DNA of 59,501 nucleotides, filler included, from Sphacelaria rigidula (lineage: Eukaryota): the NCBI GenBank assembly GCA_964200075.2. It is 10 parts of 10 records of this genome, joined end to end, with 100 filler letters (N's around TTAATTAATTAA, not from the genome) between each part and the next. Parts side by side here need not be neighbours in the genome. Positions count along the whole stretch, not along the records: positions 5,962 to 11,822 come from CAXNAA020023909.1; positions 11,923 to 17,782 come from CAXNAA020023910.1; positions 17,883 to 23,742 come from CAXNAA020023911.1; positions 23,843 to 29,702 come from CAXNAA020023912.1; 6 more parts are not named here. One strand, given 5' to 3'. Positions 11,750-24,942 of the stretch are shown here, in pieces; within the stretch, counting starts at the first letter, position 1, and the number at the start of each line of letters is the position of its first letter. The notes beneath the pieces are model-generated. The model did no database searches. It was given only the letters and a program-made list of their open reading frames with translations, and had not been told where the DNA came from. The translations under genes and the position numbers were made by a program.

Positions 11750-12825
11750 TCGCGGGGACGGTTAAGACACTTCGCTCCCTCATTTGTTGCTTGTCTTAGT
11801 CGTGTGACCATCGACCACGCATNNNNNNNNNNNNNNNNNNNNNNNNNNNNNNNNNNNNNNNNNNNNTTAATTAATTAANNNNNNNNNNNNNNNNNNNNNN
11901 NNNNNNNNNNNNNNNNNNNNNNTGCTCCCACTAAAACCCCCTGTCAACTTGGCGCAGTACACGCGCCGCCCTGCTCTCGAGAGATTCGGCATGCCAGAGG
12001 TGGGCACGACACGCGCTCCGAAGAGGCACACGAAGCCGGTAATTTGTGTGCTGTATGCTGGAGGTGGGGGGAGACGAGTGATGCCGCGCTAGCCCCCCAG
12101 AGAGATGACTGGTTTGAGGAGGCAATTCTACCATGCTTGGGATAATTCACGCCAACGTCGTCCATATGAGGAGCTTCATGAAGCCTAAAACCAGCTATCA
12201 TTAACTGTATGACAATTTTCTTTGTGACAGTATTGGGGCTGGTTTAGGGGCGGGGATATCGCGGCATTACGTGGACGTGCATTTATTTCTGAATAACACC
12301 CCCCACGATCATTGGTTCTTTCAGTAAAAATGTGAGAAGTCGACGAAAACGCCACCCCTGGGGATAGGGTTTGACCCAGGCCAAATGTTTGCGTGATGGT
12401 TGTCGGTTGTCGTTGCCGCACGTGGACCAAACGCCAGGGGTGAGAAGACCCGAAAAAAAAAAAAAGGCATAGATCAAGCCTGAGGAGTGAAAAATCGGAC
12501 AGACAGACGGACAGACAGATGGGAACATCTCTTTTTCCGAAATAGAGACTCCAGAGTAGCACTAGTGTACGACTGGAGAACCAACGAACGGAAGGAGTTT
12601 AAACCTGAATCCGCCTTTCCTTGTCACGTCGACAAGACCTTGGGCCATGAGGAGTAATGTTTTGCCTCGATCGCTTCTCCACACGTGGCGGAAGTGGCCA
12701 TGGACCCGCCAACTGTCTGCTGTGTTCGAGTGTGTTTGGGGACATGGCATGCGAGCCACTGATTGCAGCCTCCTGCCTCTACGGCGGTTACCCGCGGCCG
12801 CAAGAAGTGCAGCAGGGCGGCGTAT

Positions 12826-13032
12826 TGTATAATTCGTGGGAGGACCACGCGCTTAGGGGATCGCATCGGAATTTGAACACCCCTTTGGTTAGGGGAGGGT
12901 TGGTGTTGGGGTTAGGGTCAGGGGGGTGGTCCCTGAATGGACTAGCCCGATTGGTTTTGGGGAAACGTCGATCCTGAGGTGTTTTGGTCTACACTGCGGT
13001 CCTCTAAGCAAGTGATCCTCCCACGCATTACA
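12826..13032. mobile_element. MITE family M2 copy 2 with degenerate telomere-like core
   Basis: Colinear similarity to 4893-5097 (GAACACCCCTTTGGTTAGGG..., AAACGTCGATCCTGAGGTGTTTTGG, CCCACGCATTACA end). Flanks GTAT/GTGT match at 3 of 4 positions. Confidence 0.75.
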
Positions 13033-14685
13033 GTGTTCATTGTGTGCGAACGAGGCCTGCTGGGGTCATTCTCGGACGAACCGGACCGATCCGCGGTATA
13101 CTACTAGCTTGGTCAACTTCTCCATCAGGAAGATCCGACTAAGTGTTGAAACGTTTTTCCTCCCTTATCCTTGACTAATGAGCACGGCTAACAGTAAAGG
13201 GCCGCACTGTTGTTCGACCCGCATGTGACATTCTGAAAGTCGGAGACGATGCTTGCTGGTGATCCCCCATGGCGCGGCTATGTAGCAGCTAAGGACCACT
13301 CTCCAACAGGTTTCGTGGCTATTAGCAGACCACTGTTGCTAAAGGGTGAATACCGTGCCTCTCAACACCCGTGTCTACCCCTAGAAAGGGTAGGATCATC
13401 CATGCGAACAACAACCGATAATACTTTCAATTTTTTACCTCCTTTCCACCCGAACCCCTACTTGGACGCTAACCGTACGTACATTTCTGGGCGTCCGGAA
13501 TAGTCGTTAATGTGATGGAGATTGCGGAAAATTCGGGATTTATACTGCCGAGCATTCGTACATTACAACCAAGCCCCAAACCTCTGCATGGTCATTCACG
13601 GACTGGACAACTTCGGAGTCTCTACACTTGATGGCAACGTTCTGGTGGTGCGTTTTCGAGAAGGTAGCGACGTAATCGAACTCATGATCTCATTTCCTGA
13701 TCCCGTACTGCTGTATAAGGATGTTTGCCACGTAACGAGAAAAGAACGGGGCAGTAAGTGCTACGCAACGGAGAACGACGTCGATATATGGCACACAGAG
13801 GACAAGACAAAGAAATTATGTCGCTGCGAAGAACACGTTCATTATTGCAACTGAGGGCTAGTGAAGTGCGGCGTGCCCAACGCTATTTTGTAGCAATGGT
13901 CTGCCTTGGACTGATTGCACTTGATGTACCGTATGTCGCATCTGGTCTCCATTGCCATCGCAACCCGACATTTTCCACACAACCCACCTATCGAGCTCTA
14001 TCTCTCCGAGACGCAAGAAGAGCCCGCACTGTCGACGCAGCAGGTCTATTGACAGATCTTGAAATGTTTCCAACAACACACCTGATCATATTTAACCATC
14101 AGTGTGTGCGTCCTGAGCACCTTTGCTGACGGGCAAAATCAAGAATAGACGATAGTATCAGTGCGTGCAACAGCAAAGTATACTATCACGGTACTTCACA
14201 CCCGTCAATCATCAGCACCACCCATAAAGGCTCTGATTATCTTGACAACAATCGTGGTTACTCTAGGATGTCGATCCGTAGCAATACTCAAGCCAGAGAC
14301 ACCTAAATTCCCCCACCAGCTCGCGGGCACTAGGCCAAGCGAGCTCTCCGCCGCCCCTCCCAGCCCCTCCTTTCAACCCCCCTCCCCCCACAATGATGCC
14401 CCCTCCCTCATCTCTATCTCCCCCGTAACTCCCAGTGAAGCAGCCGCCAGATCGTACTGTGACAAAATCGTGAAAGTCGACGTCCGGAAGGGGTTTCCCA
14501 AGCACAAGGCTTTTAGCGAGGGCGCCCGGCGGATACCGTCGCGTGGCATGACTGAGCCGCCGGGAATACGGTCGAAGCAAACTCGACATGGGGGTTCGGC
14601 ACCTGTGTGTTCATCGGGAAGGTGTACGCACCACGACCAGGGGAAAAGCGGGGAGGGGAACATTTGGGTTTTCAGCACTAATTTC

Positions 14686-14785
14686 GTTTTCGTCGTGTTT
14701 TCAGCGCTCCCCCATCCTCCCCTCATCCCGCAACGAGTCCGCAGTGTCAAGGGATCAACGCGTTTCTCCCATCGAGACTCCGTGC
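14686..14785 (-). mobile_element. Diverged 3' fragment of SINE family S2
   Basis: Reverse complement resembles GGGAGAGAAGGGTTGATCCCTTGAAACCACGGACTCATCCCGAGGAAGGGGAGG of 25624-25940. Confidence 0.5.
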
Positions 14786-15387
14786 AACGAAATATCTAGC
14801 ATTGGAGCACTCCAGCAGTTTACCAGCTCGTCATCGAATTTTGATCTTCTACTCGTGCCCTCAAGCTTTCGAGCACGGAAACCACATTTTGTACAAAAAA
14901 TATCATTTCAGAATACCAACCCATGGAAGTCCGCCCAATTGTTTACTGGTGAATCGGTTTCACCCCCGAGGGGCGGCGACATATGGCGCATAAAGTTGTG
15001 GAAGAAACGGCGTAAAATGTTAATTTTCAACGTCCTCTCATTTTTGAGTTCAAAACGGCTGGTGGATCCAACTTTATTGGGTCACTGCACAAGTTCCAAC
15101 TTTGATTAACGTGGCTGCTCTGGTGCTACCATGTATCCTGAGCACGGGGGGTGGGCGCGTCATGTCGTGGGATGACGGTAGATGGGAAGCATTTACATGC
15201 CTAGCGAGGATATACATGCACACATCTATTGTGAACTTGATAGTATCAAAACGTACCACAACAAGTCACCGCCTGATTCGTGCTGCACCGCGAAAAACCT
15301 CCTGGGCAATCATCATTTTGGCCGATTATTCCAATGCTTCTAATTCCGTGGCCACAGGCTGGGTCGCCCAAGACGTGGACAGGGATG

Positions 15388-15687
15388 TGAACACGCGATT
15401 ATGCAGCTTAATTTTGGATTGGTGTCTATCAACTTTTTACACGATGTACAGGACGTAGGTACGAAGACTCCATCTTCTGTCCCCTAGATTTTTCTTTTGT
15501 TTTTCGGGGGTTATTCACGGGTTTGTTCCGAAACAAACTGTTCTGAAATATTCGGTCGCCGATAACTCGAGGAGAAAAAACAAAAACGTCGGGGGCAGAG
15601 GTAGAGTCTTCGCACATACGTCCTGTACATAAATGTAAAAATTCCATAAAAAACGACCCAAAATTGAGCTGCATAATCGTGTGTTCG
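15388..15687. repeat. Imperfect inverted repeat (about 100-bp arms), MITE/foldback-like
   Basis: GAACACGCGATTATGCAGCTTAATTTTGG...TGTACAGGACGTAGGTACGAAGACTC pairs with GAGTCTTCGCACATACGTCCTGTACA...CCAAAATTGAGCTGCATAATCGTGTGTTC. A diverged direct copy of the right half lies at about 15820-16030. Confidence 0.6.
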
Positions 15688-16307
15688 TGTCGAAGACTGG
15701 TTCCTGTGTGGAGATGAAGCAGCCACGAAAAATGCAACGCGGTTATTCCGTTCACTTTCAAGTTTTTTTTCACGAAATTTTGAAACAAGGTGCATGAGGC
15801 ATGTTGTAAAGACCCTATTGTCGCCCCTTGAATTTTCTGTTTTTTTTGTCAATGAGTTGTCGACGATTTTTTACCAAAATAAGTTGTTCCGAATTTTCGA
15901 TCACCAATAACTCATGAGGGAGGAGAAAACAAAAAGTAAAGCGGAAACGATAGGGGCTTCACACATACCTCATGTACACTGCGTCAAATTTTCATAGCAA
16001 ACGACTCAAAATTGACCAGCGCAACCGCGCTTTTCTGTTGAGAACCGGTTGACTTGCGTTAAGAGTACAACAACCTCATCCGGAACTTCGACGTTTCCTA
16101 CAAGCTTTGTTCAACCACTGCTCACCGGTTCGCACACTAGTACCAGACGCCTTGGCGCGCTGGAGGTCTCGTCTGCGTAACATCTCAGACGCGGCGCGCC
16201 TACAGTGCGACATGCACTATTGTACAACCACAACTTGTGCAGCACCATCACCTTGCGGCCGCAACACAACCGACTGTAGCCAAAAATGCAATTTCAGCCG
16301 TTTTTTC

Positions 16308-16685
16308 CAGAGGTTCACACGTTACACGTTCATGTTCACGTTACGTTCATCACGTAAAAAATACTTCACGTTCACGTTACGTTACGTATGTCACGTTAAA
16401 TAAATTTGAACGTTACGTTAATGTTTCATGGGAAAATTTAACGCTACGTTCACGTCACGGTCATGACGTAAGAAAAAAAAAGGTTACGTTTCGTTACATT
16501 TAGCGTAATATCAAACATTTTAATGTCACGTGTAACGTCTGATATAACGTTACGTTGGCACGTGTAACGTTCGAATGTAACGTTTCATTCTGTGCATTTC
16601 GCGGCTCATTTACCAGTGTTTAAGGCGTTGTAACGTGTCGTTTAACGCATGATGTTACCGTGTACGTGACGGTGACGGTGACCCG
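16308..16685. repeat. ACGT-core (CACGTT/AACGTG) motif array, probably subterminal region of a hAT-like non-autonomous element
   Basis: Starts CAGAGGTTCACACGTTAC. Many ACGTT motifs switch to AACGT orientation. The same motif family occurs in the TSD-flanked MITE at 27590-27802. Confidence 0.55.
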
Positions 16686-16811
16686 TCGGCTAGTTCTCAT
16701 GTATAAAAAAAACTTGATGAAAAAACGCGTTTTCTCTTATGTGATCAGAAAACGCGTTTGAAATCCCGCCGCACGCCAACACATCCTCCAGCCCACGACA
16801 GCAGCCATGGG

Positions 16812-17395
16812 TGGCTTGGCTGCCATCATCACTGCTGTCGCTGGTGCTCGCGGGTAGTCAGCGTGTTGCTTTATTGTCCTTTGCTCGCCAGTATCATACT
16901 AGCTATTTACCCCATGAGAACAGCACAGGACAGGGTCGATGACGAGTGCTGTACAAACACTCTGTGTGTAGTTAAGTGGCTCGCGTTTCAGGTCCGTGCA
17001 TGCAGCGCGATGCTAGCAGCACTCCCGATGCAGTACAGACTGCCCACGCACCCAAGACTTGTAGAGAAAGGACCGCACTGACCGTACACACAAGACCACA
17101 GGATAAGCAGTAGGGCTACTGCTGTAGTGTCTGCAAGGCTTGGGTGCTTGGGTAGTCTGTACTGTATTCGAGTGCTGTGTGCAGCACGCTGCACGCATAG
17201 ACCTGAACTGAGCTACATTACTATGCAACCTACATACAGAGTGTCCGACAGCACTCGTCATGGACCCTGCCCTGTTTCGTTCTAATGGGGGTAAGGGGTA
17301 AGGGCCATCACGCTACTGGCGAGCGAAGGACAATAAAGCAAAACGCTGACTGCCCGCGAGCACCAGCGACAGCAGTGATGATGCCAGCCAAGCCA
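16812..17395. repeat. Long imperfect inverted repeat (about 255-bp arms, 64-nt loop)
   Basis: 16812-17065 is reverse-complementary to 17130-17395, e.g. CATCATCACTGCTGTCGCTGGTGCTCGCGGG versus CCCGCGAGCACCAGCGACAGCAGTGATGATG. Confidence 0.9.
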
Positions 17396-17409
17396 TCACT
17401 ACAAACAGG

Positions 17410-17697
17410 GTTTTTGTGAGATTGAGAGTAGAGGATACGATTGAGAGTGAAAAGCGGTCAAGTAGAGAATTACCCGTTTCAGTTCCGGAATGCCCCTCCA
17501 CGAGGCCCAATATGCTTTCTGTAGTAACTTGCCACTGAGGCCCTTGATATCCTTGAGTAGAATATCGACGTGTAGCTTTAAGCACACGCCAGTGATGGAG
17601 GGGAGAAAAAGCGCACACGGAATGAAAAATTGACCAAGTTGAAGCAAATGAACAAAGCAACTCCCAGTCAGCGCTCTACTCTCAATCTCACGAAAAC
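17410..17697. repeat. Candidate MITE with about 23-bp TIRs
   Basis: TTTTTGTGAGATTGAGAGTAGAG ... CTCTACTCTCAATCTCACGAAAA. No TSD seen. Confidence 0.5.
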
Positions 17698-19750
17698 GTT
17701 TACAGCCAATGCATACAATACAGTACTGTTGTGTGTACTCTTGTCCGTGCTTTCTTTTCTATCAAGTACTACCATGCAGTGANNNNNNNNNNNNNNNNNN
17801 NNNNNNNNNNNNNNNNNNNNNNNNNNTTAATTAATTAANNNNNNNNNNNNNNNNNNNNNNNNNNNNNNNNNNNNNNNNNNNNCCTCTTTGGCGGGCAAAA
17901 AAGCCTTTACCTCCGAGCGTTCTTGCCTCGGGGCCCCCCCCGCGCGGCCCCCCCTGACGAGGGGGGGGGGGGGGGGGCATTTGGGGCTTGCACAGCAAGC
18001 GGACTCGCCGAAATGTATCGAAAATAATCGTTGTAGAGCGCTGAAAAGTCGATATCGTATCGTAGTGCTAACTGGTTCGATATCCAATACTAGTTAGAGA
18101 GGTCGGTGAATGTTAGCTGTAAAGCGAGACATTGGTACATATGTACTGCTCCCGCCGCCCACTGCCCATGCCCTCTGCGATGCATGAACGCCAAGCAGCT
18201 ACGAGCTGTCAGCTGTGTGATCCAGTCGAGACACGGCTATGAATGCGAATTACAGACAGGTTACCGCCGCATGACAACAGTTGTACAGTACAGAGTGCAC
18301 ACAGCACAGAGAGGACAGGCGGTGTTAGGCGTGTGATGTGTGATGTGTGATGCGGTGTTATGCGATACACTCGGGGTACAATGTCGTTCAGCCACTTGAC
18401 CCCCAAAGCCCCCACTAGACTAGACTTTTGTACCGCACCTTTCTCGAGTGCATGATACACGGAGTCGTCGGTGTAAAGCATCGGAATTCGACAGACATGC
18501 TAAAGGTGCGCAATGTGCGTCTTCCGCACTGGGGAACAAAAAGCTCACCTTTGCTCCATATCCTCCCCGTCAAGTCCTATGCCTCTCCTTCCCAACGCGC
18601 AAACTAGAAAATACCGTGTACGAGTACTGTACTGTCTGTACCCAACTGCAACAGCAACAACATTCTTTTTTCTACGAGAACACAAAAAATGACAATTTCA
18701 ACGCGGTGTACATTATCTTTGACAGTCCCGCGAGTTCAAAAACACAAACTCGCGACAGAAAGACACACCAACCACAGCTTGGGCGACAGAGATGATAGAC
18801 ACTGCAGCGGGATGGACGTTGCTTCTCTCCACGTCAGTTGGTGCTAGTGCGGCCATTCCTAGAGGGGAGCCTATGATGCAGCGCAATGCCCGCTCTCTTC
18901 TGTGAGTGGTGAAGTTGCTGAGATTCCGCACTGATGTGACGGTGTATAACACCCCTGGCGATCATTTCTCATTCCCGATTTTCTCGAGAAGCAATACATT
19001 TGCGCAAAGTATCTTGTCTGTCAAAGCTCTCATCATCGTGTTTATAACAACAAAACGTTCGATTGTGTCACCATTAGAGTCGGTGGATAGCGCAGTTTTC
19101 GATTGGGTCGCTATTATAGGCGGCGGGTGATTCATGTTTTGAAACCGCTGCCGAGGGGGGTTACACTCTGTCGAGCCACTGTAATCTTCCCTGTGAGGCA
19201 GCTGTGCTGGACCGTTGCAGTAGCTCCTAAGATATCGCTCTGTCAACCGCTTGATGTGTGTCTGCACTATAGTATCACACCACTTGCACACGATCTACCG
19301 TAGCTGCACTGGGGGACGTGGACAGGGACACAAACATGGTACTGCTACCTGTATCATCCCTGCAACTCTCCAGTAGAGGGTACAGAGAGGCGGAGTGCGG
19401 TGCGACAGTACAGGCAGCCATTTTGGTACAATACCAATACACAACAGTACATTCCCACGCAGCGGCGTTCTCGGCGGTACACATACATTCATAATGTCCC
19501 ATGATACGGCCGTTGCTAATGTACGCCACTTGCTGTGCTGTTGCCGCCGACAAGCGCGGTTTCGCTGCAACCCTCTTTGCCCCGAGTATGTCCTGCTGTA
19601 TTCGAAAGCCCCTACTCCACTCCACTACAAACCGGACGCTTCGACCGCTCAGGCGTGTCCAGTCGTTGAAGGGGCATCGTGCTCACTTGAAAAACTGTTA
19701 GCAATACTCGGGTATACATCTGTGGGCACGAGATAATGTATAACTCACAG

Positions 19751-19996
19751 ATTTCGATAGCCCTTACGAGAGGTCTTGACGGCGAAAATGCAAGCTGTAG
19801 TTTGAGCCGAGTTCCGCCAATTTCTGTGCAAATGGGCTTTCCTCGCAGATGGCTCAAGTCGCACGATGCGTCGACGATTGACGACCTTCTCGGGTCCGCC
19901 TTGAGGGGAACTGACAAGAAATCTCAGCTGGCTGCCACGAGGACTCTGCTCGCCGCAGCTGACGCCATCGCTGAGAAAACGGAACGCAAAAACTGG
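19751..19996 (+). CDS. Internal exon of hypothetical protein (contig 4 gene)
   Basis: Acceptor CTCACAG, 82 open codons (ISIALTRG...TERKNW), donor GTACGT. Phase 0, compatible with the next exon. Confidence 0.55.
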
Positions 19997-20637
19997 GTAC
20001 GTTTCTGTCCTGTCACATGAGCCGTCGTGAGCCTGCTCATTGAGGTCGCCACACTGTCGTAGCGGTAGGTGACGGATGGTAACTCTCCAGCAAAGACGTC
20101 TGTGCTCCAGCAGCGTTCTCATGTTTCGACACGCCAAACATGTCCTCTTGGGGCATGCCAGACATTCGAAAGATCTGGACAAGCCCGATTTCCGCAACAA
20201 CGAAATCGATGATAGCGCGGTTTCTGCAGGCTTCGAAGAAATGGAGTTCGAAAAACCCATCAGCAAAGCGGTGTGGTTCGTAACGCGAGATGTTGATGTC
20301 GGGCGCTGCGCCGCGCTGAATGCGAACGTTTTGTCCTGCAATCCTCGCGGTGATGGCACTTGCGCCTCATACCGCCCTTTGTTGTTCAAGCGCTTCGTGA
20401 TGTTGGTTTGCCGTGAATCTCACCCCACAATGCACACCTTGGAGTCGAGCAAACTTCGGCACAGTGTTTGGTACTTGAGGGCGATGTTGACAGACCAGAA
20501 AACGACCACAGCGTTCGCCATGTCACCTAGCAACCCAGCGACTACCCAACCGTGTACCCGCAGAGAAAACATCGCACCTACTAACCCAAGCACCTTCCTG
20601 CGGACCCCCATCTCATTTCGCTCACTCACGCATACAG

Positions 20638-22398
20638 CCTTCGTGCGACCAGCCCATGCAAGAAGCAGCTCAACAAAAACGTGCGATGCCCCCTCCAAAC
20701 ATCACCACCACGTCAACTGTTCTGCCAAACCTGGGAGCAGCCTTAGCGGAGAAATTCGTTCCACTTTTGACAGTGATCGCGGTCGGCAAAGTCCCCCATG
20801 ACGAATTGGGGCGCCAAAAAGCCCACGAAACCGCTCCTGCGTCCTCTCCCCAACATGAGCATGAGGTGGCATCATTACCAGAAACATCTGGAGGTACCGA
20901 GGCCAACGGTCATGAGGCCAACGGCCATGTGGACACCGGTCAAATCAGCAACGGTCTCGCGGGCAACGCTCGCATGGTGGCCAGTCCTAAGTCCAGTGGC
21001 TATAAGACTAACGGTAGTGAAGCACAACCTCCAGAGAAAAGCGGGCCTTTCGCCATCGGCGAAACCCCGGCAGTGCGGAGCAAGATGACGAGGGTGTTTG
21101 GAGCAGCTGCCGAAATGAGGAATATCTCAACGGCAATGGTTCCACCAAGAGCCTCGACAGTCCTCACAGCATTCGCTGCCGAGTGCGCACTTTCGTTGAT
21201 ACGGGTTTCCGCAATGGTGGCGTTCGCGTACCCCGCAGATCCGGAGCCGCGCGAGGATGACAGTAAATGTCATAGCAAGAAAAAAAAACTTGTATCCGTT
21301 GAACCAGAGAGATGTCAAGAAATACGCGTAGATGAGTCTTCTGTAAATGACCGAGGCCGTCATAGAACGAGCTCCCTAATATCCGAGGTTCTTGTTGGAC
21401 AGGCATCACACGATGGCAGGGAGGACGGCGAAACACGCTCTGCCGGGAAAGGTACAAATCCGGCCGATGATGTGCAACCCGAAGTGTCGCGGCGACAGGA
21501 AGGGGTAGTGCGAGACATGGCATGCGGTGGGGGAGGAATTCTCGAGATGGAAAGGATGCGCGCACTGCGAGTTATTCGATCACTCGCTCCGCGTACCATT
21601 ATCCCGCTGTTGACCCTAGCAGAACAATGGCTTGGGGGCGAAAACGCTATTTACAGCGATGCCGCGGTAGATATCGGATTGAAAAAGGGCCCTTATTCTG
21701 TTGGACCGTGCTGCTGTATGAGTAATTATCGTGCATCTACTGCCGGCGATGGTGGTTACGCCGAATCGCTGGTCGGCGAACATAACCGCGATCTTCGAGA
21801 TAAGAATGACTGGCTTGGTGACGGGCTGGTCAGGCGTTGTGAGATTGGTACAGGCACCGGTGGTGTTGGCGGCGGTGACCCTCGTGACCAGATGCCCTTG
21901 TCTGTTATTGCCATCCGTGACCTCAAGGACATGCTGGTGTCCGCCGTCGACACAGGTCGACGGCTGGAGGACCTACATGCGGAACGGACACGTGTGCAAG
22001 AACGAGATGGGCTATTACCGGACAAGGACGATGGTGCGGCTGGTGCTAACGACACCAACATCCGAGGTGAAATTTGTGGGGAAACCACCCCGATGGATGC
22101 CGGAAGCATCGCAGCGGACAAGCTTGCACCCCTGTCATCCCAGACGTCGGACTTGCGGCGCGACGCGGGAGCGCTCATTGATCACGCCTGCTGGCACGTG
22201 GCCGGAACCGTTCCTACAATACTCGAGAACCGAATATGGCCAACCGCTGCTCTGAAGGGCATGAATATGGGAGCATCAGCGCGGCGAGCGGGAGAAGGGC
22301 CGAGGGGAAGGGGTTTGGATAGGGTGTCCATGGTTGAAAATGCTGCCGCGGAGGTGGAAGCGTGCGATCCTAGGACGTACGAAATGGCTGGAAAGCAG
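20638..22398 (+). CDS. Large internal exon (587 codons) of hypothetical protein
   Basis: Long open frame (ORF 20656-22434) bounded by CATACAG acceptor with upstream CTCAC and a CAG|GTGAGG donor. Low-complexity segments alternate with hydrophobic helical segments. No recognisable domain. Confidence 0.75.
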
Positions 22399-24696
22399 GT
22401 GAGGTGCAGCCAGGTGTCCTTCGGCTTGGTGTGAGCCTTTGGTTACCGGTGTCGAAGGACATGGATGATATGACTAGTACCAGGCCGAAGCTCCTAAAAG
22501 TATGGCGGCACGTGAACTGCGCCAAGTTGATAAGGGGTTTAAGTGAGAGCACCCCCCACACTGCGTCGAGTAAAGCTTACGAACGCTCGAGGCGCCTTCC
22601 CCATATGACTGCCGCGAGGCAGTCTAGCCGAGCCTCCGGGTAATCGGCGTACGAACTCGCTTGCGAGGCAAGTGTTGGGTCGGGTTTCCTCCTTCTGTCA
22701 AGGGAAGAAACAGGACAAAAATGGCTGATATACTGCGCGAATGGCGCGCTTGTGAAATATACATATTCTACTTGTTTGTGCGATGAACCTCAGCGATGAA
22801 CCAGCTTCCTCAGTCCCCGTCTTTTTTTCATCATGTTCACCGCGCTCATCGCCCCAAGGTTTCATTTCTGTTCATACCAATGAGTGCGTTTCGTGATTTC
22901 GGGGTCGGGTGGTGAGCGTGCACAAGATCACAACCTGTTCTCTACATCAGGAACGGCAAAAAAACTGCAGCTTACCTCGGTAGTACGAGCTCAGGAAGAC
23001 GAGAGCAAGACGAGTGGTCATTCTCCATCGCGAAAACATCTCCTTGCGAAACACCCGAGCACGCACGTCGCCGTCCCCGGTACCAATGGAAAAAAGCGTC
23101 CGGCGGGGAGAACATGCAGCCCCACATAGAATTTGTCGTTGGGCGAGAGATGGCTCTGCCGGTACATCCGTCCTGCGGCGATGCCTCGGGGCTGTGCAAG
23201 ACGCCCGACGCAACCTTTGGTTCTACTCGTCTCTGTTTATTTTATCACCCACGATAGCATCAGGGGTAGGTAGGCACGGAAGTGGTGAAACAGACGCGGG
23301 ATCAGAATCACGGCCCCGTAGGAACGCAGGGGATCGATGGGGTCACACAGTATGGCTTGTGCGAGAAACACCACGGTTCACTTGCTTTGTTTATTTTTCT
23401 TGTTCCCATTTTGACCGGCGTTGCATAGCCCCCACCCGGCCTGAACGACGAGAGGTGGTTGGCGCTTCGAAAGCTGTGCGTGTGCCTGAGTGCCCTAAAA
23501 ACCAAGGATCTCCATACCAGCAGCCCCGCCGATCCCAGCGTTTCTGCCGGACCGCCTCATTCAGGTAAGACACTTTCTACAATAGCCCCCCCCCCCCCAA
23601 AGGTAAGACACCCATGAGGCAGTGTACAAGACGTGGCTGTCTCTGGAAGTAGCGATACCAGACAAAAAAGAAACTCATTGTTGGCTGTCATCCAAATGCA
23701 AGATAATCAGTTGGCGTCGGGCCGAGCAATCTTAGCAGGATGNNNNNNNNNNNNNNNNNNNNNNNNNNNNNNNNNNNNNNNNNNNNTTAATTAATTAANN
23801 NNNNNNNNNNNNNNNNNNNNNNNNNNNNNNNNNNNNNNNNNNAAACAAAACCCTACAAAAAAAGGAGAGATCAAATTGAAGACACAGAAAATATAAAATA
23901 ACATAAACGTGGGAAGGGGGGGGGGGGGGGGGGGAAGATGATATATTGACTTTACCAAAATCTATCGACGCTAGCAAATTCAAGTTCTATCGAAGAGTAT
24001 ACGCGACAAAATTGCCAACTTAGGCCGTACCCATTTCGAACTGGGGGTACTATACCAACGCGCACAGCCAGGTTTGTTTCATCTCGGGTAGGTCCATCAC
24101 GTGACCACGGCTCGATCCCTGGGGGGTCAGCTGTTGTTGTTGTTGTTGTCGTTGTTGCCTTCACATTCAAAACCGTTTCGATATCCGCCACGTACTCTGT
24201 GCTGGGCATCTGATGCGGACACGTTCCGTGGTCACAGGCGAACCACCCCAAAATAGGGTGAGAAAAGAAAAAAAAAACAGACCCAGAAAAACTTCACACA
24301 GGCACGATACAACAGAAGAAGAAAATAGTAAGAATAAGGAAGAAATAGTGCGACAATCAATCAATCAAATCAGAATCAAACAGGCACAACACACGGCACG
24401 GAGAGGCACACTCCCAAGACCATGCAGTGATCGATTTTTTCGTTGCAAGATAAATGGCAATATACACACACATGTATATAATCTGTACAGGACAACTGGT
24501 TATCCTGTACGGTGCAACACCAAAATGACACCAGTGAGTTGATCTACACTTTTCAACGTGTAGATGATTGATTCACATGATAGATGGTCGAGATTTTCCG
24601 CGGACGAGTTGTCTTTTTCGCAGTCGAAGGTTTGAGAGTCGGTAGGCGAGAAAACACACACAATCAAACCATTGTCCCTGGTAGCAATATCCCAAT

Positions 24697-24942
24697 GTTG
24701 TGTTGTCGTGCGAGTGTATGAGTGTTGTGTGGTGTCATCCCATTTATTCTGGACGCCTGTCTACACCTTTCGGTGTATGTAGGCGCACCAGCCGGGGTCA
24801 CACAGGAGGAAGGCCAACACAGGAGTTTTCCCTTCTCATTTATTTCAAATAGTTCTCCACCCTCCTCCTGCGGTGCTTGCCTTTGCTTTTAATCGCGGGA
24901 GGGGTTCAGAAGTCCCTTTCCTTCGTCGACCATTAACTCGAA
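24697..24942 (-). mobile_element. 5'-truncated copy of tRNA-derived SINE family S1
   Basis: Strong similarity to 50951-51170 (GTCTACACCTTTCGGT, GGCGCACCAGCCGGGGTCACACAGGAG). CA-rich tail on the minus strand. Confidence 0.8.
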
